Below, piece by piece: positions 1 to 9,211 of a stretch of DNA of 64,000 nt. Positions within the stretch are counted from its first letter, which is position 1. Every line of letters begins with the position of its first letter. The translations under genes and the position numbers were made by a program. Where the stretch lies: assembly GCA_965202985.1 (NCBI GenBank), contig CBDBCF010000001.1:1728001-1792000 (forward strand), given 5' to 3'. The notes under the pieces were generated by a model, which saw only the letters and a list, made by a program, of their open reading frames with translations, had not been told where the DNA came from and ran no database searches. This stretch comes from Longimicrobiales bacterium (GTDB taxonomy: Bacteria > Gemmatimonadota > Gemmatimonadetes > Longimicrobiales > Gaopeijiaceae).

Positions 1-193
1 GGGGCGGGAAGCGCAAGCGTGGATTCGAGGACAAGATGTGGAGAGCGGACAACGAACGCAAGACACCCTTCCATCCCAACGCCGGTATCGAGCACACGGG
101 CGACCACATGGCTTGGCCCAGGTACGTCCCAGTTGCCGAATCCCTGCTGACAGCGGTAAGATTGGATCAACCAACCGAGGGGGAGAACACGAC

Positions 194-1510
194 ATGAGCG
201 AGACCTGCGACGACCGGGCGAAGGGCCATGAGCAACGGGGCCGGGTCCAGTCTTGCCGCACGCACGACAAGCGCCTGCTGGTCAAGGCGCTGAGGCTGTG
301 TCTGGCGGCAGTATTTGCGGCTGGTTGCGCCGACCCAGGAGAATCGGGACACGACCCCGAGTCCGACGACCCGCTGGCGATCACGGTCGACACCGTGGGC
401 ACGTCGGTTCGGGTCGCGAACACCGGCGACCCACCGGAATGGAACTTGGCGCCCGTGGCCTCCATTGGCCCCGACGCCACGTCCGCCGAAGCGACTCCGC
501 GCGACTTCGGCTCCGTTGCGAGCGTGGCGTTCGGCCCCGACGATCAGGCCGTATATGTCGCCGACCGGCTGAACTGCGAGATCAGCGTCTTTGGGCTCGA
601 CGGGACTCACCTGCGCACCTTCGGGCGATGCGGAGAAGGTCCGGGAGAGTTCACCGAGCACCTCTATTCCATCGCGTGGGTGGGCGACAAGCTGCTGACG
701 TACGATTTCGCGGGAGGTCGCATCGGCGAGTTCACCGGCGACGGGGAATGGCGCGGACAACGACAAGTCGCCGGCATCGGGACCGGCAGCCCTTCCTTCG
801 CCTTGTACCAGACCGGCCCCGACGAGGCGTACGCACGCACGCTCGGGACAGACCCCGAGACCGGCTCCTTCACCTACGCGTTCCACGGCCACGCAGCCGC
901 CGGCGCAACGGCCGACACCGTGCGGCCACTCGTCTCCGCCTGGGAATCCGGATCGGGGGCTTCGCTAAGGTGCGCCGGAGAGCGCGGGACCGCCATTTTC
1001 GTGGACTTCTTCGCGAACCCCTATGCGCCGCGCGTTCTCGAGCATCCGGGTCCGGGAGGCACGTTCTACACGGCTGTCTCGAACGAATACCGAGTCGTGG
1101 TCACTCGGCAGAGCGACACGTTGCGCACAATTGAGCGCGCGTTGCCCCCGGAGCCGGTCTCCGACGAAGAGTGGAACGCCCTTCTCCAACAGTTCGAAGC
1201 GTGGTTGGAAGAGAGGCCTGGTGCGTCTTGCGAGCCGCCCAGATTGAGCAGGCCGTCCTCCAAGCCGTTCATGACAGGGCTCTTCCTGGATGCCCAAGGG
1301 CGCATGTGGATCGAAGCGGAGCGAAAGGGCCAGAGGCACTGGGACCTCTTCGACCCCGAAGGCCGGCTGCTTGCCCGCTTGCCCGCCCGCGACCGAAGGA
1401 CGGGTCCCTTGCCGGCGTTCGGCGCCCGCCACCTTGCCACGATTCGCCAAGACAGCCTGGGCCTGGATCACGTGGACATCTGGCGAATCGAGCCGCCGGC
1501 ACGGCAGTAG
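194..1510 (+). CDS. 6-bladed beta-propeller (NHL-like) lipoprotein
   Basis: ORF 38..1510; ATG 194 follows a purine-rich RBS (GAGGGGGAG); lipobox AAGC; NHL-like motifs VYVADRLN..ISVF..DG, FGRCGEGPGEF, LDAQGRMW, DLFDPEGRLL. Confidence 0.75.
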   Translation: MSETCDDRAKGHEQRGRVQSCRTHDKRLLVKALRLCLAAVFAAGCADPGESGHDPESDDPLAITVDTVGTSVRVANTGDPPEWNLAPVASIGPDATSAEATPRDFGSVASVAFGPDDQAVYVADRLNCEISVFGLDGTHLRTFGRCGEGPGEFTEHLYSIAWVGDKLLTYDFAGGRIGEFTGDGEWRGQRQVAGIGTGSPSFALYQTGPDEAYARTLGTDPETGSFTYAFHGHAAAGATADTVRPLVSAWESGSGASLRCAGERGTAIFVDFFANPYAPRVLEHPGPGGTFYTAVSNEYRVVVTRQSDTLRTIERALPPEPVSDEEWNALLQQFEAWLEERPGASCEPPRLSRPSSKPFMTGLFLDAQGRMWIEAERKGQRHWDLFDPEGRLLARLPARDRRTGPLPAFGARHLATIRQDSLGLDHVDIWRIEPPARQ

Positions 1511-1633
1511 CGGCGGGTACGCTTGACTTGTAGTCGGCCTCGCGCAAGACTTGCTTGAAGGACAGCCTGCTCGACTGGATCGCGGGCGATGGAGACGGCA
1601 CAGTAGCCGGAAGGGGATCGTGGAGGAACAAGG

Positions 1634-3190
1634 ATGATCAAGAGGCAGCTGGAGGACCTGTGGACTCGCCTGCAGGCCAAGAAGCCCCAGATGCCCCACT
1701 TCCTGTCCGAAGTCTACCTCGAGGGGCTCCGCGGCATCGATGGCCTTCGAGTGGATTTCGAGTATCCGGTCAGCGTGATCGCAGGGGGCAACGCCAGCGG
1801 CAAGTCGACGGTTCTCTTCGCGGCCGCGTGCGCCTACAAGGTTCCGGGGGCGGGAGTTCGAGACTTCGTTCCCTCCACGCTCTTCCCCGACTTTCGCGCC
1901 AAGGTCGGAGACCGCCGGGACGACCGCGGCGAAGTCGTCATGGACTTCGAGTACTCGACGCCCGACGGTCGTCGATCGATGCGCTGGCGACGCTTGAAGA
2001 GTTGGAACCGCAGCTACTTCGGACGCAAGGACGCGACGCAGCCGGAGCGGCCGGTCTATTTGCGAACATTGGCCAACCTGACCAACCCTTCCGAGGTGCG
2101 AGGCGTGCTGGCCATGTCCCATCTCAAGACGCCTCCCCGCGAGCACGCCCTCACGCCCTGGGAGAGCGACTTCGCGCAACGCATGGTTCCTTTTCGCTAC
2201 GCCGAAGTCGTGAACCTTTCCAGCGACAGCGACCGAAAGAACCTCCTCTTCGCAGTTCAAGAAGGAGGCGCAAGGTACTCGGAGTTGCACATGGCGGCCG
2301 GCGAAAGGGCGATCATTCGCTTGTCCCAGAAGATCGCCCACATGATGGACGGTCTAGTGCTTATCGACGAAGTGGAGGCTGGTCTGCATCCCTGGGTCCA
2401 GCAGCTCCTCATGCTGCAGCTTCAGAAATTGGCGTTGCAGAACAATCTTCAGATCATCGTGACCTCGCACAGCTCCGTCGTGCTGAACTCGGTGCCGCCC
2501 GCCGGGCGAATATTCCTGGAAAGAGACGAGGAGGGCCGTGTCTCGGTCGTGCCCGCGTACCGGGACATCGTGCAGGATGTGCTCTACGGCAAGTCGACCC
2601 ACACGCTCAACGTGCTGTGCGAGGACGCCGCCGCCGAGGCGATCCTGCTGGGCTTGGTGGACCAGATCGCTTCTCGGGACAGAATCAAACGCGAGTCGAT
2701 TAGGGTGGGTCGAGACACGGGGGCCAGCGAATTTCCGGCACACGCCAGAGCGCTGAGGAAGTTCGGCCAGATCGACAACGTCGTTTTCGTGCTGGACGGA
2801 GACAGGCGGGACCGTGGCGACGAGACCGCGATTCGCAAGGCGGCGGGACAGGATGTTCCGGTGTTTTTCCTGCCCGGCGACTTCGCTCCCGAAGCATGGG
2901 TGTGGGAACAGATGCGACGTTCCCCGGAGATCGCCGGAGAGCTTGGCGTTGAGCTCAACGACCTGGCCAAGAGGATGAGGCGATTGGACGCGACGTTCGA
3001 CAATACCTCCGGCAAGCCCTCGGAGACAGCCAAATACAAGGTGAACAACCTTGCCGAGCACCTCCGCAGGAGCGCTCCCGAACTGTGTCGCATGGTCGCG
3101 TCGATGGAGGCCAAGCGCAAGACGAGCGAGGTGCAACCGTTGATGAGAGACTTGGCGGACGCCGTCAGCCGCTGGCGCGCGGGTCTTTGA
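1634..3190 (+). CDS. ABC/AAA_21-type ATPase fused to a TOPRIM-like domain (OLD-family ATP-dependent nuclease-like, probable defence protein)
   Basis: Walker A GGNASGKST, signature HMAAGE, Walker B LIDEVEAGLHP, H-loop VTSHS; C-terminal LCED and VLDGD (TOPRIM E and DxD); GGAGG RBS upstream. Confidence 0.8.
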   Translation: MIKRQLEDLWTRLQAKKPQMPHFLSEVYLEGLRGIDGLRVDFEYPVSVIAGGNASGKSTVLFAAACAYKVPGAGVRDFVPSTLFPDFRAKVGDRRDDRGEVVMDFEYSTPDGRRSMRWRRLKSWNRSYFGRKDATQPERPVYLRTLANLTNPSEVRGVLAMSHLKTPPREHALTPWESDFAQRMVPFRYAEVVNLSSDSDRKNLLFAVQEGGARYSELHMAAGERAIIRLSQKIAHMMDGLVLIDEVEAGLHPWVQQLLMLQLQKLALQNNLQIIVTSHSSVVLNSVPPAGRIFLERDEEGRVSVVPAYRDIVQDVLYGKSTHTLNVLCEDAAAEAILLGLVDQIASRDRIKRESIRVGRDTGASEFPAHARALRKFGQIDNVVFVLDGDRRDRGDETAIRKAAGQDVPVFFLPGDFAPEAWVWEQMRRSPEIAGELGVELNDLAKRMRRLDATFDNTSGKPSETAKYKVNNLAEHLRRSAPELCRMVASMEAKRKTSEVQPLMRDLADAVSRWRAGL

Positions 3191-3280
3191 CTCGGACCAT
3201 CGCGCATTCAGGCAGCACCGGCTGTCCTAGCCTAGCAAGGCCGTCGGATTTCTCTCGGGAAGCTAGCCATTGCCATCCAT

Positions 3281-3674
3281 TTATGCTTCCGGCCGTTGTC
3301 GCTGATCGCTAGGAACGACATACGATGCCACGGCACCTTCGTATATTTGGACAGCATTCAGTACCATGTACTTGGTCCACAGACGCCATATGTCCTTCCA
3401 CTGCTGATTCTCCGACGATAGTACTCCGACCGGAAGTCCGAACCCGTGAGCGTCGACAGCAGAAATGGTTGTTAAGTGACTCTGCGCCTCGCCGATAAGT
3501 GGTCCCTTTAGCGTGTCTACGAGAATATTCCAAGAGGGTGACGCTAGGTGGAAACAGCGCGTCAATTAAGACCACCAATCTACACTGGTAGGTTTCCTGA
3601 TAGCGACGAATGAGTTCCTAACGCTCATAGCGAGGCGCATGTCTTGCCTCATACAGGGGGCTTCGATCGGGCAT
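3281..3674 (-). pseudogene. Remnant of an SDH-family (Clp-fold) serine protease
   Basis: Minus strand reads MPDRSPLYEARHAPRYER*ELIRRYQETYQCRLVVLIDALFPPSVTLLE (TAG at 3618-3620), then shifts frame near 3530 into ...QSHLTTISAVDAHGFGLPV...QQWKDIWRLWTKY...IYEG; these resemble the N- and C-termini of this family with the catalytic middle deleted; AT-richer than flanks. Confidence 0.55.
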
Positions 3675-3702
3675 TTGTCCGTTCCAGATACAATCGCAGG
3701 GC

Positions 3703-3894
3703 CTACTCGATGTTGTACTTCGTACGGAAGGTCAGCGGCTTGCCTCGTCGTGCCTCTCTCCCGTCCTGCCGAGCCTGTTTTGCGCGTTCGATCCGCTCGC
3801 GCCAGTCCTTGTCGGGAAACGGGACGCCCTCTAGTGCAGCTGATCCCTTGGGCTCCGTTGCAGACGCCTCCGTGTCAGCAGTATCTCGTGACAT
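3703..3894 (-). CDS. Small hypothetical protein (63 aa) directly upstream of the SDH-like remnant
   Basis: ATG after AAGGAGG RBS; MSRDTAD...DWRERIERAKQARQDGREARRGKP; same strand as the remnant, 28 nt gap. Confidence 0.5.
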   Translation of the reverse strand: MSRDTADTEASATEPKGSAALEGVPFPDKDWRERIERAKQARQDGREARRGKPLTFRTKYNIE

Positions 3895-3999
3895 GTTTGC
3901 CTCCTTCAAGGTTGACGTTACCCAAATATGGAACCATAGCACCTCTCCGATCAATAAGCGAGCCTTGGCAGGCCGAGGGAAATTCCATTGCCGCCTCCC

Positions 4000-5085
4000 T
4001 CACCTCTCCGCCAAGCTCCGATACACCGCCCGCACGAACCGCTCGGGGTTGTCGCCCCAATGGGCGTCCAGGTCGGCCGTGGGGGCGGCGGCTACCACCT
4101 CGTCCTGGGTGTGGCCGTCGGCCAGCAGGCGGGCCACCCGCAGTCGCACCGTCTCCAGCATGTCTCGGTAGCCGCGCAGGTCGGCGGGGGCTGCAAGGGG
4201 GCCGTGGCCGGGGATGATGCGCGTGGCGTCGTCGGAGCGGGCGAGCACGAAGTTGGCGGCTGCGATCACGCCGTCGATGCCGCCGCCGCTGTCTACGTCC
4301 ACGAAGGGGTAGCGGCCCAGGAAGAAGGTGTCGCCCATGTGGAAGACGTTGGCGGCGGGGAAGTGCACGATGGCGTCGCCGTCGGTGTGGGCGCGACCGA
4401 TGTGCGTGACGCGGATGTGGCGGCCGTTCCAGTGGAAGCGCACGCCGTCGTCGAAGGTGACTACCGGCAGCGCCGCGTCCGAAGCCTGTTGCGAGCGCCC
4501 GACCAGCTCCGCGAATTCGGCCGGGTTCAGGCGGCGATAGACGTTCTCGTGAGCGACGATCATCGCGCCGGCGCGTCCCAGGTTCTCGTTGCCGCCCGTG
4601 TGGTCGCCGTGCCAGTGCGTGTTCAAGACCCAGCGGACGGGCTGATCCGTGACCGCCGCCACGGCGGCCAGGATCTTCTCGGTTAGCGGCGCGTACTGGT
4701 CGTCCACCAGGAACGCCCCGTCGTCGCCGACCGACAGGCCGATGTTGCCGCCCCGTCCCACGAGCATGAACAGGTCGTCCTCCAGGGGGATGGTTTCGAT
4801 CTCGACATCCTGCATGTCCTGCTGGACCGCCGCCCATGTGGCGACTGTCGTGCCCACCGGTACCGCCGCGCCCGCTGGCCCGCCCGCGCCCGAAAGCCCC
4901 GTCGCAGCCGCGCTGCCCGCCACGCTCGCCATCCCGAGTAGCGCCACGCCCAACGCTCCAGCCGCGCGTCCCGGGCACGCCGTGTGCCCCCGCCACGCGG
5001 CACGCAGCCACACCCCGCGCCCCAGCCACGCTGCGCGTCCCCGAATGCGAGCCGCGCGCTCCCGAATACTCGTGATTCTTGCCAC
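4000..5085 (-). CDS. MBL-fold metallo-hydrolase (cyclase-like), exported
   Basis: NTHWHGDHTGGN, AHTDGD, HMGD, IPGHG motifs; start codon uncertain (long N-terminal extension). Confidence 0.85.
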   Translation of the reverse strand: MARITSIRERAARIRGRAAWLGRGVWLRAAWRGHTACPGRAAGALGVALLGMASVAGSAAATGLSGAGGPAGAAVPVGTTVATWAAVQQDMQDVEIETIPLEDDLFMLVGRGGNIGLSVGDDGAFLVDDQYAPLTEKILAAVAAVTDQPVRWVLNTHWHGDHTGGNENLGRAGAMIVAHENVYRRLNPAEFAELVGRSQQASDAALPVVTFDDGVRFHWNGRHIRVTHIGRAHTDGDAIVHFPAANVFHMGDTFFLGRYPFVDVDSGGGIDGVIAAANFVLARSDDATRIIPGHGPLAAPADLRGYRDMLETVRLRVARLLADGHTQDEVVAAAPTADLDAHWGDNPERFVRAVYRSLAER

Positions 5086-5161
5086 GCTCCCAACTCCTGG
5101 CGATTACTTGATTGACGTGTCCCGACCCTCAAAGGTACGCCCAACCGAACAAGTACGCCCC

Positions 5162-6109
5162 ATGACCCCTTCCGCACTCGCCCCTCGCGCCCCGACCGCC
5201 GCCTCGGCGCCGGCGCAGTCCTCGCATTGCCCCCCGTTCCTCCGCCGCGCCCTGGCCGCCCGCGTCACCCTGGCCGCGGTCGCACCGGTGCTCGCCCTGG
5301 CCCTCGCCGCCTGCACGGATGCAACGCCCGAAGCCGAGCCTTCCGCGGAGACATCGGCGGCGGCCACCCCCGCCCAAGAGCTGCCCCCCGCCATCACAGG
5401 CCAAGGCGGCGCGCTGGAGGGCGCCGACCTGCGCTACCTGGACGACGACACGACGACCACCGGCTACTTGGCCGTTCCCGCCGGCGACGGACCGTTCCCC
5501 GCCCTGGTGATCATCCACGAGTGGAACGGGTTGCAGGATCGGGTCCGGCAACTGGCCGACGACTTCGCCGCCGAAGGCTACGTAACCCTGGCAGCGGACC
5601 TGTTCCAAGGCCGCACCGGCTCGAATCGGGAAGAGAACATGGCCCTGGTGCGAGAAGCGCAGTCGGACCCTGCCCAGATGATCGCGAACCTGAACGCCGC
5701 CGTCGCCTACCTGAAGGGACGCCCCGACGTGACGGGCCGCGTCGGCGCCATGGGCTGGTGCTTCGGCGGAGGCGTGGCGCTGTCGTTCGGCCTGGACGGC
5801 GACAATCACGACGCCACGGCCGTCTTCTACGGCCGCCTAGTGGACGACCCCGAAGCGCTGGCCCGCCTGGACCACGAGGTCTACGGCACGTTCGCGGCAC
5901 TGGATTCCGGCCCGTCGCCCGAGTCCGTGGCCGCCTTCGAGACCGCGCTTCGGGCCGCCGGCGTCGAGCACGACCTGCACATCTACGACGACGTCAACCA
6001 CGGCTTCTGGCTCCGCGTGGACGGCGATCCGGAGGTCCGCGCCGCCCCCGCCGCCGACGCATGGACGCGCCTCAAGTCCTACCTGGACCGAACACTGGGC
6101 GGTTTGTAA
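5162..6109 (+). CDS. Dienelactone hydrolase family lipoprotein
   Basis: IHEWNGL, GWCFGG nucleophile motif, HGF; lipobox LAAC; ATG 5162 in frame with ORF 4649..6109. Confidence 0.85.
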   Translation: MTPSALAPRAPTAASAPAQSSHCPPFLRRALAARVTLAAVAPVLALALAACTDATPEAEPSAETSAAATPAQELPPAITGQGGALEGADLRYLDDDTTTTGYLAVPAGDGPFPALVIIHEWNGLQDRVRQLADDFAAEGYVTLAADLFQGRTGSNREENMALVREAQSDPAQMIANLNAAVAYLKGRPDVTGRVGAMGWCFGGGVALSFGLDGDNHDATAVFYGRLVDDPEALARLDHEVYGTFAALDSGPSPESVAAFETALRAAGVEHDLHIYDDVNHGFWLRVDGDPEVRAAPAADAWTRLKSYLDRTLGGL

Positions 6110-6202
6110 CCCTGCTCGCAGACTCCGGTCACCCCGGCAGGCCCCCGGCGATGCCGTCCAAAACAGCTGCGCCCCGCCTGCCATTGGGCCACCTCGACAG
6201 CA

Positions 6203-6219
6203 TTGGCACGTTTCTTGCT
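6203..6219 (+). promoter_or_regulatory. Sigma-54 (RpoN) -24/-12 promoter
   Basis: TTGGCACG-TTTC-TTGCT matches the TGGCACG-N4-TTGC(A/T) consensus exactly, 50 nt upstream of ATG 6269. Confidence 0.75.
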
Positions 6220-6268
6220 GTGAATCACGGGCTGTCGGACCCAGGACAAACCAACAAGGGGGAAGTCG

Positions 6269-7033
6269 ATGAGATTCGCACGGCACGGAGGGTTGACGCT
6301 GGCGCTGGTGCTGGCCGGGTCGCCGGGGCTGGGGGCCGCCGAGGCCGCCGCCCAAGATCGGGGGTTCCTGCTTCAGGCCCCGAGGATGTCCCTGGCCGTC
6401 AAGGCGGGCTGGGGCCTGCCGCGGGCCGGGGGGAGCGGGGCCGAGAGCCTCTGGCAGTTCACGCGGGAGCAGCTGACGGTCGAGACCGGTGACTTCGCGG
6501 GACTCGCGGTGGGGGGCGAACTGGGCGTGCGGCTCACGGAGCGCCTGGAGCTGACCGTTGCGGCGGTTCGCACGTCCGCCGAGACCCAATCCGAGTTCCG
6601 CGACTGGGTAGGCGAGGACGACCTGCCGATCGCCCAGTCCACCCGGTTCAGCACCACGCCGCTGACCCTGGGGATCAAGGCGTACCTGTGGAATCGGGGC
6701 CGCTCGGTGGGGCGTTTCGCGTGGGTTCCCCGTCGCTGGAACCCGTATGTCGGCGTGGCGGGCGGGGTCGTGTGGTACGAATTCCGGCAAAGGGGCGAGT
6801 TCGTGGACTACGAGACCCAGGACATCTTCGACGATGTCTTCCTTTCCAACGACCGGGCGCCGACGATACATTTCGTGGGCGGCGCGGACGTGACCCTGCG
6901 GAGCCGCGTCGTGCTCACGGGCGAGGCGCGGTACGCATTCGCCAGCGCGCCCCTGGACTCCGACTTCGTAGGGTTTTCCGACTTGGACTTGGCGGGACTT
7001 CAGGTCACCGCCGGGATCGCTCTCAGGTTCTAG
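6269..7033 (+). CDS. Outer-membrane beta-barrel protein (OmpA/OmpW-like)
   Basis: Signal peptide, alternating beta-strand pattern, NPYVGVAGG strand, C-terminal ...GIALRF (terminal Phe). Confidence 0.75.
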   Translation: MRFARHGGLTLALVLAGSPGLGAAEAAAQDRGFLLQAPRMSLAVKAGWGLPRAGGSGAESLWQFTREQLTVETGDFAGLAVGGELGVRLTERLELTVAAVRTSAETQSEFRDWVGEDDLPIAQSTRFSTTPLTLGIKAYLWNRGRSVGRFAWVPRRWNPYVGVAGGVVWYEFRQRGEFVDYETQDIFDDVFLSNDRAPTIHFVGGADVTLRSRVVLTGEARYAFASAPLDSDFVGFSDLDLAGLQVTAGIALRF

Positions 7034-7059
7034 TGCGACAAACAGGAGGAGCAACGAAC

Positions 7060-8382
7060 ATGACGACATCGATCAGCAAGACGCGGACCCACTCCGACGC
7101 CGGGTTGGCCAAGTCGGCTTCGGCATCGCCCGGAGCCTTGGCCCGGTACGGGACGTTGGCCTTGGCCCGGGGGGAAACGCCAGCCTTGGCCCGGTGCTTG
7201 AACTTCGCCCGGCGCGCGACGCTGGCCTTCGCCGTCGCCGGAGTTGCCGTCGTCGCTGGCGCGTCCACCGCCGCCGCCCAGGAAGTCCCGCTGGGCCTCG
7301 AGCCCTACGTCGGGTGCTGGCAGCCCCAGGGCGCCGACGTGGACGCGGGCGTGCTGTGCTTCGTGCCCGACGCCGGCCAGCTGGAGATGGTGACGGTGGC
7401 GGACGGCGCCGTGCAATACCGCGAACCCTTCGCGGCGGACGGCCGGATGCGCACCATCGAGCAGGACGAATGCCGGATCGCCGAGTCGGCCCGGCTTTCC
7501 GAGGACCGCCGACGCATCTACACCACATCCAACTCGACCTGCGACGGAGAGCCTCCCAGCCGCAGCACCGGGATCATCTCCATGCCGACCGCGGGCCGGT
7601 GGCTGGACGTGCGGATGGTCGACGTGGAGGGGGCCGCTTCGGCGTGGTCGCGCTGGTACGACCGGACGGGCACGGACGTGCTGGAGGGAACGGGACTTTC
7701 CATTCCCGCGAACGCCCAGCGGTCGGCTCGGCGAGCGGCGGCCTCCGCGCACGCAACTTCGGCTCTGGACGTGGACGACGTGATCGACGCCGCGGCCGCC
7801 GTGGACGCCAGAGCGGTGGAGGCGTGGGTCGCCGAGGTGGGGCAGGAGTTCAAGGGACTCGACGCAGACGACATCGTGCGCATGGACGACGCCGGCGTGC
7901 CCGGCAGCGTGGTGGACGTTGTGGTGGCCGTGTCGTTTCCGTCGCGCTTCGCCTTGGGCGACCGACGACAGCGGGCAGACCGCGCCGCGACCGACCGACG
8001 GCGCGTCGGAGCGCGACCCGTTTGGGCCTTCGGCGGTCGGTACGACCCCTTCTACTCGGGCGGCTACTACGGCTACGGCTACGGGTACGGTTACGGCTAC
8101 GGCAACCGCTACGGCGGCTGGGGCCGCTACAGCTACTGGCCCGGCTACTACACGCCCGTGGTCGTGGACGTGACGCCAACCCAGCCCCGGCCCGCCGGTG
8201 GTCGCGTGGTCGCGGGGCGGGGCTACCGACGTCCCCCCAGCGACCGGGTAAACCCCTCCGGCTTCGCCGCGCCGGGCTCCGGACGGAGTTCGGTGGGTTC
8301 GGGCAGCTCGTCCAGGGGCAGCATCGGCGGCAGCAAGAGCAGCGGCTCCGGTCGCAAGGCGAAGCGGCGGGGAGGGTCCTGA
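7060..8382 (+). CDS. Exported hypothetical protein with Gly/Tyr-rich low-complexity region and Ser/Gly/Arg-rich tail
   Basis: ATG 7060 after AGGAGG; signal peptide ending AAAQ; YYGYGYGYGYGYGNRYGGWGRY; probably co-transcribed with the beta-barrel gene. Confidence 0.7.
   Translation: MTTSISKTRTHSDAGLAKSASASPGALARYGTLALARGETPALARCLNFARRATLAFAVAGVAVVAGASTAAAQEVPLGLEPYVGCWQPQGADVDAGVLCFVPDAGQLEMVTVADGAVQYREPFAADGRMRTIEQDECRIAESARLSEDRRRIYTTSNSTCDGEPPSRSTGIISMPTAGRWLDVRMVDVEGAASAWSRWYDRTGTDVLEGTGLSIPANAQRSARRAAASAHATSALDVDDVIDAAAAVDARAVEAWVAEVGQEFKGLDADDIVRMDDAGVPGSVVDVVVAVSFPSRFALGDRRQRADRAATDRRRVGARPVWAFGGRYDPFYSGGYYGYGYGYGYGYGNRYGGWGRYSYWPGYYTPVVVDVTPTQPRPAGGRVVAGRGYRRPPSDRVNPSGFAAPGSGRSSVGSGSSSRGSIGGSKSSGSGRKAKRRGGS
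7135..7194 (+). repeat. Tandem repeat with 24-nt period (core GCCTTGGCCCGG x3)
   Basis: Copies at 7135, 7159 and 7183, in the N-terminal extension before the signal peptide. Confidence 0.7.
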
Positions 8383-8440
8383 CGCCCCATCGGCCTAGGC
8401 TTCGGCGAAGGCCGTCCGGATCGCGATCGCCGTCGTTGCC

Positions 8441-9211
8441 GTGATCGTGCCGGCGGTGGCATCGGCTGCCCCCCTGGCCGCGGCAACGGGCGTCGCTTGG
8501 CAGCTGGAGCCGGCGGGCGGCTGGTCGCAGACGCTGGCGTCGAGCCCCGCGCTGGCGTTGGCCCTGCTCTTCGGCGGCGGCGTCCTGACCAGCCTGACCC
8601 CCTGCGTCTACCCGATGATCCCCATCACGGCATCGGTGATCTCGGGCACCGCCCAGAAGGGCCGCACTTGGCGCACCGCGGGCCTCACGGCGACCTACGT
8701 GCTCGGCATGGCGTTGCTGTACGCCGCCCTGGGGCTGGCCGCCGCCCTGACGGGCACGCTCTTCGGCACCGTGAGCGCCAACCCTTGGGCGCTGTTCGCC
8801 ACCGGCAACGTGCTGCTGATCTTCGCCCTGGCCATGTTCGACGTGATCCCGGTGCCGGTGCCTCGCCGTCTCTTGGCATGGGCGTCCGCCAAGGAGGGCG
8901 GCTCCTACGGGGCCGTCTTCGTCTTGGGCGCCGTCTCCGGGGTCGTGGCCGCTCCCTGCGGCGCGCCGGCGTTCGGCGCCGTGCTGGCTTGGGTGGCCAC
9001 CAGCGGCGCGGCGCCCGTCATGGGCTTCCTGTACCTCTTCTCGTTCTCGCTGGGCATGACCGCCCTTCTCGCCGCCGTCGGACTCCTGTCCGGCACGACC
9101 GCGCTGCTGCCCCGCTCCGGCAAGTGGATGGTCGTCGTGAAGCGGGTCGCGGCACTCGTCCTGCTGGGCGTTGCCGAGTACTACTTCATCCAAGCCGGCT
9201 TCAACCTGTGA
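8441..9211 (+). CDS. ccdA: Cytochrome c biogenesis / thiol-disulfide transporter CcdA (DsbD transmembrane domain)
   Basis: TSLTPCVYPMIP and AAPCGAP redox Cys motifs; several TM helices; LPRSGKWM. Confidence 0.85.
   Translation: MIVPAVASAAPLAAATGVAWQLEPAGGWSQTLASSPALALALLFGGGVLTSLTPCVYPMIPITASVISGTAQKGRTWRTAGLTATYVLGMALLYAALGLAAALTGTLFGTVSANPWALFATGNVLLIFALAMFDVIPVPVPRRLLAWASAKEGGSYGAVFVLGAVSGVVAAPCGAPAFGAVLAWVATSGAAPVMGFLYLFSFSLGMTALLAAVGLLSGTTALLPRSGKWMVVVKRVAALVLLGVAEYYFIQAGFNL

Noticed and set aside
3618..3620. In-frame TAG at Gln-like positions (here and 61693-61695) as possible pyrrolysine or recoded stop
   Set aside because: Both loci have further frameshifts or deletions, TAG ends many intact genes here, and CAG to TAG is a simple transition.
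1634..3954. Retron or Gabija system around the OLD-like ATPase
   Set aside because: No reverse transcriptase, msr-msd-like structure or UvrD helicase next to it.
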